From NCBI GenBank assembly GCA_903834195.1, contig CAILIB010000033.1, positions 1-52,634 on the forward strand: DNA of 52,634 nucleotides. The letters are read 5' to 3'. Positions 17,790 to 25,648 of this stretch are shown one piece after another. Positions within the stretch are counted from its first letter, which is position 1, and every line of letters starts with the position of its first letter. Both the position numbers and the translations under genes were made by a program. The notes beneath the pieces were generated by a model. It had not been told where the DNA came from and did not search any database. It worked only from the letters and a program-made list of their open reading frames with translations. The stretch comes from an uncultured Candidatus Berkelbacteria bacterium (GTDB lineage: Bacteria; Patescibacteriota; UBA1384; CAILIB01).

Positions 17790-18029
17790 ATGCTCGTTTT
17801 GACACGGAAGAAAGGCCAGTCAATTATGATTGGTCATGAGATTGAAGTCGTCGTATTGGAAGTTCGCGGTGAACAAGTTCGACTTGGTATACGCGCAAAA
17901 AAAACGTTTCGGTGCACCGAAAAGAAATTCATGACCTCCTTTTTGCAGGTCAAGAAGAAAGTAAGAACTAATTTCCAGCTTAGGGGAGGAAAATGCACCC
18001 CTAAGCACTATCCCAGAGTAGTTACATAG
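17790..18029 (+). CDS. csrA: Carbon storage regulator CsrA, frameshifted at an A8 run (authentic C-terminus in the -1 frame, stop at 17969-17971)
   Basis: GGAGG 7 nt upstream of ATG 17790. Residues 1-38, [38 protein letters not shown], are colinear with CsrA. The -1 frame from 17903 reads [22 protein letters not shown]. The 0-frame tail is unrelated. Confidence 0.8.
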   Translation: MLVLTRKKGQSIMIGHEIEVVVLEVRGEQVRLGIRAKKTFRCTEKKFMTSFLQVKKKVRTNFQLRGGKCTPKHYPRVVT

Positions 18030-18051
18030 TAACTGTTCTGGGATATTTTTT
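18010..18051 (+). terminator. Rho-independent terminator of the crp-hyp-csrA unit
   Basis: 16-bp stem ATCCCAGAGTAGTTAC-ata-GTAACTGTTCTGGGAT (two G-U pairs) followed by ATTTTTT. Confidence 0.8.
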
Positions 18052-18090
18052 GTCTATAAATACGTCATACAATTCTGATACAGTAGTAGT

Positions 18091-18801
18091 ATGCGTAAAA
18101 TACATCGTCAAGAACCACACATTGCTTCGAATCGCTCAACACTTAATTGGCTTCGAGCGGCAGTTTTAGGGGCAAATGATGGTATTATTTCACTTTCAGG
18201 CTTGTTGGTTGGAGTTGCTGGTGCAACCGATTCTCGTTCAGCTCTAGTAACTGCAGGTGTGGCCGGGTTAATTGCTGGTGGTTTCTCAATGGCCGCTGGG
18301 GAATTTGTTTCGGTAAGTACTCAACGTGATAGTGAACAAGCGTTACTTGATAAAGAACGACAAGAACTTGAGGATGAGCCTGAGGCTGAATTGGCTGAAC
18401 TTATTAGTCTGTATATGCGTAAAGGTTTGAGTAAGCACACTGCTACAACGGTGGCGACTGAGCTTACAAATCGTGATGCCTATGCCGCGCACGTAGATGT
18501 AGAGTTGGGAATTGATCCGGCTGACCTGACAAATCCGTGGCAAGCAGCAATGGCTTCCGTGGTTGCGTTTCTTGCAGGTGCATTAATTCCGTTTGTTGCA
18601 ATTTTAGTTGTTCCTACAAATATGCGCATTGTGGGTACATTTGTGGCTGTAATTGCTGCATTATTATTTACTGGAGTTACTAGTGCAAAGCTTAGTGGAA
18701 CTGCTCCAATGCGGGCTTGTGTTCGTGTAGTTCTGGGTGGAATACTTGCAATGGTGGTGACATATGGGGTTGGAGTATTATTCCGTACGAGCGGAGTATA
18801 A
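18091..18801 (+). CDS. VIT1/CCC1-family iron/manganese transporter
   Basis: NWLRAAVLGANDGIISLSGLLVGVAGA signature, acidic cytoplasmic helix region (ELEDEPEAELAEL), 5 TM helices. Confidence 0.85.
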   Translation: MRKIHRQEPHIASNRSTLNWLRAAVLGANDGIISLSGLLVGVAGATDSRSALVTAGVAGLIAGGFSMAAGEFVSVSTQRDSEQALLDKERQELEDEPEAELAELISLYMRKGLSKHTATTVATELTNRDAYAAHVDVELGIDPADLTNPWQAAMASVVAFLAGALIPFVAILVVPTNMRIVGTFVAVIAALLFTGVTSAKLSGTAPMRACVRVVLGGILAMVVTYGVGVLFRTSGV

Positions 18802-18836
18802 AAAAGAGCCCGCTGCACGGTTTGGCGTACAGCGGG
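18800..18836 (-). terminator. Hairpin plus U-tract terminator for the minus-strand gene ending at 18843
   Basis: CCCGCTG...CAGCGGG stem. On the minus strand it is followed by CTCTTTTTT. Confidence 0.6.
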
Positions 18837-18842
18837 ACGGGA

Positions 18843-19154
18843 CTAGTTGAGGTTCTCGGCATATACCTCAATATTGTGTGGTTTCTCAGGATCGTATGGG
18901 ATTCCGAGCTTTTCCCACCATGGTACTGAGAGTACGCGAACCTGTGCTTTATTCGAGCACCATATACTTTCGGCCTGAGCTTCAAGTCTTTTTATTTCGA
19001 CCACAAGCTCTTCATGTCGTGGGCAGCATTTCCATACGGCCCGTTCACCTGAGTACTCACATTTGGATATTGGGCACTCATCCAAAGCAGTTTCTAAAGA
19101 TAGAAAGCTTTTGAATAACATTCGAACGTTAGGATTTATTTTTGAATCTTCCAT
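18843..19154 (-). CDS. Hypothetical Cys-containing small protein
   Basis: 103 aa from ATG 19154 (MEDSKINPN...). Has its own terminator. Several overlapping ORFs in other frames were judged spurious. Confidence 0.45.
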   Translation of the reverse strand: MEDSKINPNVRMLFKSFLSLETALDECPISKCEYSGERAVWKCCPRHEELVVEIKRLEAQAESIWCSNKAQVRVLSVPWWEKLGIPYDPEKPHNIEVYAENLN

Positions 19155-19239
19155 TTCTGCGCAGTATCTTAGCACATATCACCAAAAGATTCCAGTCCCC
19201 ACTCAGCTTTTTCTCAGAAAAGTTGATTAATATAATCAT

Positions 19240-19626
19240 ATGAAAAAAGTCTCAATAGCAGTATTTGTTGTTCTCGCACTCTTTGCACTCGTAAAATGGT
19301 ACCAAAGTTCGAGTACAACACTCGCCATTTCTTCGTACACAGGGCCGTACAAAGATGGTACGTATACCGGAACTTCGTACTCAAATCAGTACGGTAATGT
19401 TCAAGTTGCTACTATAGTTTCTGGTGGAAAAATTACCACAATCAATTTCTTGTCTGCACCTTCTGATCGAGCTCACTCTGCAGAATTAAGTGCATATGCA
19501 AAACCATACCTACAGCAAGAGGCGATTACTTCACAAAATGCAAATGTGAATATAGTTTCTGGTGCAACCCTTACAAGCGAGAGTTTTCAACAATCACTTC
19601 AGTCTGCGCTTAATCAGGCTTTGTAG
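19240..19626 (+). CDS. Secreted or membrane-anchored FMN-binding domain protein (ApbE flavinylation substrate type)
   Basis: N-terminal signal/anchor (VSIAVFVVLALFALV). YKDGTYTG...GKITTINF...VNIVSGATLTSESF matches the FMN_bind fold, with the SGAT flavinylation motif. Confidence 0.8.
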   Translation: MKKVSIAVFVVLALFALVKWYQSSSTTLAISSYTGPYKDGTYTGTSYSNQYGNVQVATIVSGGKITTINFLSAPSDRAHSAELSAYAKPYLQQEAITSQNANVNIVSGATLTSESFQQSLQSALNQAL

Positions 19627-20152
19627 GCAGGCTTTTCCCAGCTCTCAATAAACCGTCAATATCGAGTTGACCACCGCCAAATGTAAGATTCTTTTCTGCA
19701 TTCAGGGGCCATTCTTCTTCTGGTCGATCCCAATAAAGCTCTAAACCGTTATTGTCTGGATCACGTAGGTAGAGTGCTTCATGTGTCCCATGATCATTTA
19801 CACCTTCAAGTGGCCAGCGAGCGTCCATGAGACGCAGGAGGGCATCGCCAAGGGTAGCGCGATCCGGGTAGCGAATTGCAACATGGTACAAACCAGTGCT
19901 TGGTACTTTTGGAGGTTCTGCACCTTCAGATTCCCATGTATTAAAGGCGAGGTCGTGGTGGTAGTTTCCTGCCGCCAGAAATAACGCACTCGGCATCCGA
20001 GCAATAACATCAAAACCAAGTACGCCGACATAGAAATCATAGATCGGTTGTATTGCAGCAGTTTTAAGATGAACGTGACCAATATCAACTCTTGGGTCGA
20101 TTGGTCTTGTTGCGCGTTCAATTGGGGTGAGGCGAGAGAATGGTACTTTCAT
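19610..20152 (-). CDS. VOC-family (glyoxalase / extradiol dioxygenase-like) protein
   Basis: DIGHVHLKTAAIQPIYDFYVGVLGFDV and a second beta-alpha-beta-beta-beta module (GLYHVAIRYPD). ATG at 20152 preferred over TTG at 20179. Confidence 0.7.
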   Translation of the reverse strand: MKVPFSRLTPIERATRPIDPRVDIGHVHLKTAAIQPIYDFYVGVLGFDVIARMPSALFLAAGNYHHDLAFNTWESEGAEPPKVPSTGLYHVAIRYPDRATLGDALLRLMDARWPLEGVNDHGTHEALYLRDPDNNGLELYWDRPEEEWPLNAEKNLTFGGGQLDIDGLLRAGKSLPTKPD

Positions 20153-20206
20153 ATACGCATCGTAGCAAATATTAGGCAAGATGGGAGATTTTGCTAAAAT
20201 GAATCT

Positions 20207-21256
20207 ATGAAAAAATTACGGGTAGGTATTCTCTTCGGTGGAAAATCAGCTGAACATGAGGTCTCAATTATGTCTGCTGCCAATGTGCTTGCAGCACTTG
20301 ATACAACTAAATATGAACCTGTTTTAATAGGAATTGATAAAGCTGGAGGGTGGCATATTCAGCCAGTATTACCATCTGGTCACGTCGAACTGCAATCAGG
20401 TAATGAGGTTACTCTTAGGCAAACAGAGTTATATACAAGTGCTGGGAGTATAGGAAATATTGATGTAGTTTTCCCTGTATTACACGGCCCAATGGGTGAA
20501 GATGGAACTGTGCAGGGTTTGTTAAAATTGGCCGGAGTACCGTTTGTGGGATCGGATGTACTTGGATCAGCGATTGGTATGGATAAAGATGTTATGAAAC
20601 GTTTGTTACGTGACGCAGGTATTCCGATAGCTCAATTCATCTGTATTCGTCGGGGAAGTATCCATCCAACGTATAACGAAATTATGAGTTCTCTTCGTGT
20701 TCCGTTTTTTGTGAAGCCTGCCAACATGGGATCCTCAGTTGGTGTTCGAAAAGTTACTTCGTCAGAAGAGTTTGAAAGTGCGCTTGAAGAAGCGTTTCGT
20801 TTTGATACAAAAATATTGGTTGAGCAGGCCATAATTGGTGATGAAATAGAGTGTGCAGTGCTTGGAAATGATACGCCTAAAGCTTCACTCCCTGGTCAAG
20901 TGATACCTACACATGACTTTTACGATTACGAAGCTAAGTATATAGATGAACATGGTGCAGTACTTGAAGTTCCAGCTCAGATGAGTGAATCAGATAGTAA
21001 GAAAGTTCAAGAAATTGCAATTCGCACATTTAAGGTTCTTGAGTGCACAGGTATGGCACGAGTAGATATGTTCCATACACCCGATGGCGACCTTATTATT
21101 AATGAAGTGAATACTATTCCAGGATTTACCAAAATTAGTATGTACCCTAAATTGTGGGAAGCTTCGGGGATAAGCTATACAGAGCTCATTTCAAACTTGA
21201 TTGATTTGGCGCAAGAACGCCATTCTATACTCGAAAAATTATCCACATCCTATTAA
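20207..21256 (+). CDS. ddl: D-alanine--D-alanine ligase
   Basis: 349 aa. LRVGILFGGKSAEHEVS, FPVLHGPMGEDGTVQGLL, ATP-grasp blocks, EVNTIPGFT. Confidence 0.95.
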   Translation: MKKLRVGILFGGKSAEHEVSIMSAANVLAALDTTKYEPVLIGIDKAGGWHIQPVLPSGHVELQSGNEVTLRQTELYTSAGSIGNIDVVFPVLHGPMGEDGTVQGLLKLAGVPFVGSDVLGSAIGMDKDVMKRLLRDAGIPIAQFICIRRGSIHPTYNEIMSSLRVPFFVKPANMGSSVGVRKVTSSEEFESALEEAFRFDTKILVEQAIIGDEIECAVLGNDTPKASLPGQVIPTHDFYDYEAKYIDEHGAVLEVPAQMSESDSKKVQEIAIRTFKVLECTGMARVDMFHTPDGDLIINEVNTIPGFTKISMYPKLWEASGISYTELISNLIDLAQERHSILEKLSTSY

Positions 21257-21269
21257 GTTAAATAAAGAC

Positions 21270-21845
21270 ATGCAAAAGATATTTCTTATAGATGCAGATG
21301 GGGTAGTGCTAAAAAAGCATGAGTACTTTAGTACAAGATTAGCGCGGGAATTAGAACTTCCAGCAGAAGATGTAACTCGATTTTTCACTGGCGACTTTGT
21401 GCGTTGTGTTATGGGACAAGCAGACCTAAAAGAAGTTATAGCTCCGTACGTAATAAAATGGGGATGGTTAAAGTCAGTTGATGACTTGATTGAATTTTGG
21501 TTTGAATCTGAAAATATTGTCGAGCATGAAGTTGTTCGTGCAATTGCAGATGCTCGTACGCGAGGTCACTTCTGTTACATGGTGTCTGATCAGGAAAAGT
21601 ATCGCGCTGAGTTTATTCGTGCGTCAATTGGTCATGCATTCGATGGCTGTTATTTTTCTTGTGACATTGGCTTGAAGAAATCTGACCCAGCCTATTTTAC
21701 GTATGTACTTACCGATCTTGCGGCAGAAAAAGAACAGGTTAAGTATATGGATGATGACCCAAAAAATGTGGCAGTTGCCACAGAATTTGGTTTGGAGTCA
21801 CGAGTATTTGCAGGGCTTGAAGATCTAGATTTCCTACAAGACTAA
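21270..21845 (+). CDS. HAD-superfamily hydrolase
   Basis: Motif I, IFLIDADGVV, directly after ATG 21270. The longer ORF from 21201 overlaps the ddl 3' end and was rejected. Confidence 0.7.
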   Translation: MQKIFLIDADGVVLKKHEYFSTRLARELELPAEDVTRFFTGDFVRCVMGQADLKEVIAPYVIKWGWLKSVDDLIEFWFESENIVEHEVVRAIADARTRGHFCYMVSDQEKYRAEFIRASIGHAFDGCYFSCDIGLKKSDPAYFTYVLTDLAAEKEQVKYMDDDPKNVAVATEFGLESRVFAGLEDLDFLQD

Positions 21846-21850
21846 AGGTG

Positions 21851-22330
21851 TTAGTACTTTCCGCCGTGTATCGACATGTACACCAGGATAGAAGATATAT
21901 CCTCAGGTGTTGGAAGTCCTTTTGGACCTGAGCTAATTACAGAATAGGCTACTTGGCCATCACGATCCACAACTACGAGAGCTGGTTCACCGTATGGAAC
22001 TTCTTTATACGTATCAATGTAGACGCCGTACTGCTTAGAAATCACTAAATCGGTATCTGAGAAGATTGGGTAGGAAAGAGTATATTTGTCGTGTAGCTGT
22101 TTACTTACTTCACACGTGTCATGACTAATTGCAACAAGTTCAGCATTTAATCCCTTGATAGAACCGTAAAAGTTCTGCCACATATGGAGAGATTTGTGTG
22201 CGGTTGGGCAGAATTCACCTCGAATAAAGATAAGTACTACTGGTTTACCACGGTAATCTTCAAGAGTGTGTTGGGTTCCATCCTGACAGTTAAGTGCAAA
22301 TTGTGGGGCATTTTCACCATTGCGCAACAT
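21851..22330 (-). CDS. Peroxiredoxin (AhpC/TSA/redoxin family)
   Basis: FIRGEFCPTAHK (compare FTFVCPTE) peroxidatic Cys context. 159 aa. Confidence 0.8.
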   Translation of the reverse strand: MLRNGENAPQFALNCQDGTQHTLEDYRGKPVVLIFIRGEFCPTAHKSLHMWQNFYGSIKGLNAELVAISHDTCEVSKQLHDKYTLSYPIFSDTDLVISKQYGVYIDTYKEVPYGEPALVVVDRDGQVAYSVISSGPKGLPTPEDISSILVYMSIHGGKY

Positions 22331-22385
22331 AATATCCTTAGTTAATTTTGCTTATTCTAACACGTTAATCAGGTATAATACGTGT

Positions 22386-22925
22386 ATGTATTATATAGCG
22401 TTTTTGCGAGCAATAAATGTTGGTGGACATACGGTCACAATGGAAACGTTACGTGGCTTATTTTCAGATTTAGGTTTTGAGAATGTTCGCTCGTATATTC
22501 AAACTGGAAACGTATTTTTTGAATCTCCAGAACTGGATCGTGAAAAGCTAAGTAAGAAAATTCAGGATCATTTACGAAACAATCTTGGTTATGAAGTTGG
22601 CACAATTATATCGACGTTACCTGAATTAGAAGAGATACTCCAAGCTGACCCATTTGCGTCGAAAACACTTCAAGATGATACGAGGCATTGTGTTATATGT
22701 ACATCTTCAGAAGTTACTGGACTTACATTGCCGTACCTAACCAAAAAGCAAGATGTGGAGGTTATTTGTGTCTTTCCAGGTGCACTATGTGCAGTATTGC
22801 ACCTTAAAGATGGTAAACCAGGAAATTCAAATACAGTCATAGAAAAAGAGTTTGGAGTTACATGTACTACTCGTTTCTATCATACGTTTATAAAAATTGT
22901 AGAAGCAGCAAGGCAAATATCCTAG
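22386..22925 (+). CDS. DUF1697-family protein
   Basis: MYYIAFLRAINVGGHTVTMETLRGLFSDLGFENVRSYIQTGNVFF is the characteristic N-terminus of this family. Confidence 0.75.
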   Translation: MYYIAFLRAINVGGHTVTMETLRGLFSDLGFENVRSYIQTGNVFFESPELDREKLSKKIQDHLRNNLGYEVGTIISTLPELEEILQADPFASKTLQDDTRHCVICTSSEVTGLTLPYLTKKQDVEVICVFPGALCAVLHLKDGKPGNSNTVIEKEFGVTCTTRFYHTFIKIVEAARQIS

Positions 22926-22957
22926 TCAAAAAATAATGTCTAGATTACACTAATAAT

Positions 22958-23350
22958 ATGAAAACACTCGACAGAACATACCATATTGAAGCTGCGCCCG
23001 AAATTGTCTGGCAGGCATTAACTGATCCCGCCTGGATTGAAGGATGGGGTGGTGGACCAGCAGTAATGAACTCGTTAGTAGGAACTAAATTCAGCCTTTG
23101 GGGAGGTGAAATCTGGGGTACAAATACAGATATTATTGTTAATCGAAAAATAGGACAAGACTGGTACGACGCAGAATTGCCAGAACCTACACTACTCACT
23201 TTAACGTTAGATCGTGATGGGCATGCAACAAATGTTGTGCTCCATCAAGAAAATATTCCCGATGATCGCGCCGATGCAATTGGTGAAGGATGGGACACGT
23301 ATTATATGGGTCCACTCAAAGAATATGTTGAGAACCTGGAAACTGTTTAG
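22958..23350 (+). CDS. SRPBCC / AHSA1-like domain protein
   Basis: 130 aa. RTYHIEAAPEIVWQALTDPAWIEGW and a GW-rich core typical of the AHSA1/START-like fold. Confidence 0.7.
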   Translation: MKTLDRTYHIEAAPEIVWQALTDPAWIEGWGGGPAVMNSLVGTKFSLWGGEIWGTNTDIIVNRKIGQDWYDAELPEPTLLTLTLDRDGHATNVVLHQENIPDDRADAIGEGWDTYYMGPLKEYVENLETV

Positions 23351-24225
23351 TCAGCCAAAAGTTTTTTGAGGTGCTCTCGGAAAGCTGCGCCAACATCTTC
23401 ACGCTGGAGAGCAAATTCAGCAACTGTTTTTAGATACTCAAGCTTGTCGCCACAATCATGGAAATGAAGTCCGTCGCCACTTACGGCGATAACTTTTTGC
23501 TGATGTGCGAGATCGTTAATAGCGTCTGTAACGTAAATCTCTCCCTTTGGGCGAGGTTTTGTTTTTTCTAAAAGCGGGAAGATGTCAGGTGTTAAAACAT
23601 AGCCAATAAAACTTGCATGGGAAGAAGGTGCATTAGCAAAACCAGGGTGCTCGATTACATCTGTAACTTCCATAATGCCAGGTTCAAGTTCGGCGGCAAC
23701 TTTTAGGTAGCCATAGCGGTCATAGTCACTTGGAGCACTACGTTCCATTGTGATGAGTGCCGGACAATTGTATTTCTCGTAGGCATCTTTGAGGCGCTGA
23801 ATTCGACTAGGAGTACCAGCATATAAATCATCACCAGAAACCATAATAAATGGTTCGTTTCCGAGAAGATGCTTTAGCTGAAGTAAGGCATGTCCGGTTC
23901 CAAGCTGTTCTTTTTGACGAACATAGGTAAAACTTGCGATATCGGAAACCTGCCGGATAAGTTCCTTTTGAGCTGTTTTTCCAGATTTCTCAAGCAGATT
24001 TTCGAGCTCAATATTGTAGTCGAAATAGTCTTCAATTGCTCGTTTGCTATAGCCTGTGATAAGAACAATATCCTTTATCCCCGCTGCTACAGCTTCTTCA
24101 ACGATGTACTGAATTACCGGTCGGTCAACGATCGGGAGCATTTCTTTCGGAATTGATTTGGTAAATGGCAAAAATCGAGTGCCATAACCAGCGACAGGAA
24201 TTACGAGTTTCTTGATTTCATTCAT
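23347..24225 (-). CDS. galU: UTP--glucose-1-phosphate uridylyltransferase
   Basis: KLVIPVAGYGTRFLPFTKSIPKEMLPIVDRPVIQYIVEEA. 292 aa. Confidence 0.92.
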   Translation of the reverse strand: MNEIKKLVIPVAGYGTRFLPFTKSIPKEMLPIVDRPVIQYIVEEAVAAGIKDIVLITGYSKRAIEDYFDYNIELENLLEKSGKTAQKELIRQVSDIASFTYVRQKEQLGTGHALLQLKHLLGNEPFIMVSGDDLYAGTPSRIQRLKDAYEKYNCPALITMERSAPSDYDRYGYLKVAAELEPGIMEVTDVIEHPGFANAPSSHASFIGYVLTPDIFPLLEKTKPRPKGEIYVTDAINDLAHQQKVIAVSGDGLHFHDCGDKLEYLKTVAEFALQREDVGAAFREHLKKLLAD

Positions 24226-24508
24226 GATCTCTTTTTACTTTTTTCCATTGACTGCAGAGTTGTAATTTATCAAGGCGTGGCAGGGTTCGTACATAGTGCT
24301 CACGCTTTTGGGCTTCAGAGCGGTTTTTGCATATCTCCTGGTACCCATATGAAACAGGTCTACGCGTTCGAGTATATTTTGCTCCACTTTGTAACCTGTT
24401 GTGTGCATGGAGTCGCTTTGCTGGATCTATGCATACTCCAGTATAGAGCGTTCCATCACTACAGTGCAAAATGTATACAGTGTATGGTTTCTGCTCATCT
24501 AAAATCAT
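24218..24508 (-). CDS. GIY-YIG nuclease-superfamily protein (UPF0213-like)
   Basis: YTVYILHCSDGTLYTGVCIDPAKRLHAHN...GAKYTRTRRP. ATG 24508 chosen. 8-nt overlap with the galU start. Confidence 0.8.
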   Translation of the reverse strand: MILDEQKPYTVYILHCSDGTLYTGVCIDPAKRLHAHNRLQSGAKYTRTRRPVSYGYQEICKNRSEAQKREHYVRTLPRLDKLQLCSQWKKVKRDHE

Positions 24509-25040
24509 ATACGAGAATTTGCTTTTGCCAACCCGGTATAGCGATACGCTCAGTCGGTTTAATGTTAGAAATTTCAAATGTGAGTGATATAACTAGACTT
24601 GTATCAAATTTTCCTTCTTGGTAAAGACGATTAATCATTGCTGTTGAGATATAGCAGTATATAAAAGCGTTCTTTGGGAATGAATATTCAAATATATTTT
24701 CATGAATATAGTGAATTCGAGAATGACTAATTTTATTGATGATAAACCCGACAGTATATGTGCTACTACTAATTTCAAGAGCTGTAGGATTTTTCCAATA
24801 AAATTCTTGACTTAACGCTTGTCCTATTAATCCGTATCCAGCACCTGGCTCTAAATATGTAGTAGTATTTGGTGAAATGTTATACCGTTTTATAATGTCA
24901 CGAATTATCGGTAGGCACGTTTTTAGATTTGAATTAGTATTTACGACTCGATTCGGCCCTTTACTCAACATAAAATCGACACTGTGCCAGAGGTATAGAG
25001 CACAGATAAGAATAAGAATGAAAAATATACCTATTTCCAT
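24495..25040 (-). CDS. Membrane-anchored protein with class I SAM-methyltransferase-like motif I
   Basis: N-terminal TM helix. YLEPGAGYGLIG resembles motif I (E/DxGxGxG). At 181 aa it is short for a methyltransferase. Confidence 0.4.
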   Translation of the reverse strand: MEIGIFFILILICALYLWHSVDFMLSKGPNRVVNTNSNLKTCLPIIRDIIKRYNISPNTTTYLEPGAGYGLIGQALSQEFYWKNPTALEISSSTYTVGFIINKISHSRIHYIHENIFEYSFPKNAFIYCYISTAMINRLYQEGKFDTSLVISLTFEISNIKPTERIAIPGWQKQILVYDFR

Positions 25041-25078
25041 ACAATTAGACTAGCACAGCAAGGTGTGCAGTAGTACAA

Positions 25079-25118
25079 TTGACAAAACGATATATCGGTA
25101 TATTATAGCGATATATCG
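25079..25118 (+). promoter_or_regulatory. Sigma-70-type promoter (TTGACA-16-TATTAT) flanked by two copies of the palindrome CGATATATCG, 21 bp apart; candidate PadR operator
   Basis: TTGACA at 25079-25084 and TATTAT at 25101-25106. CGATATATCG at 25088-25097 and 25109-25118. The padR-like ATG is at 25133. Confidence 0.6.
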
Positions 25119-25132
25119 TTAAAATACGTTGT

Positions 25133-25648
25133 ATGATAGAATTTACACCTGAAGACTGGACACTTCGGGGTTTGCACGCACTACGTGGAAACCGTGTCCG
25201 TACACACCGTGGTGATATTGGTCTCATTATTCTCTGTACATTGAAAGAGAAGCCTATGCATGGGTATGAAATTATTCGTACATTTGAAGAACGAAGCCAT
25301 GGATTTTGGCGACCTAGTGCAGGTTCTGTTTACCCTACGTTGCAATTACTAGAGGAGCAAGAGTTTGTCGTCTCACAAGAACTCGCTGGAAAAAAGGTGT
25401 TTAGTATTACTCAAAAAGGTATTGAGCACTGCAAAGAGCGTGGCGTAGCTCCTTCATGGGAAGGAAAGCAGCGTTCAGCTCTGAATTTTCGAGGTGTTAT
25501 GGAACCTTTTCAAGGTACAATGAAAGAGATTCGTAAAATTATAGTTGAAGGAAATGAGTCTGATATCGCCAATTTAAAACAGGTACTTTCAGACACAAAA
25601 GTGCAGATTGACCAGATATCAAGCAGAATCGGGAAAACTAAATCATGA
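25133..25648 (+). CDS. PadR-family transcriptional regulator
   Basis: MHGYEIIRTFEERSHGFWRPSAGSVYPTLQLLEEQEFV winged-helix signature. Confidence 0.85.
   Translation: MIEFTPEDWTLRGLHALRGNRVRTHRGDIGLIILCTLKEKPMHGYEIIRTFEERSHGFWRPSAGSVYPTLQLLEEQEFVVSQELAGKKVFSITQKGIEHCKERGVAPSWEGKQRSALNFRGVMEPFQGTMKEIRKIIVEGNESDIANLKQVLSDTKVQIDQISSRIGKTKS

Noticed and set aside
18692-19114. Three mutually overlapping ORFs (18692..18985 on the minus strand, 18717..18929 and 18878..19114 on the plus strand) around the 3' end of the VIT1 gene.
   Set aside because: They overlap the VIT1 gene or the terminator-bounded minus-strand ORF 18843..19154. Only the latter has its own hairpin + U-tract terminator and a plausible ATG.
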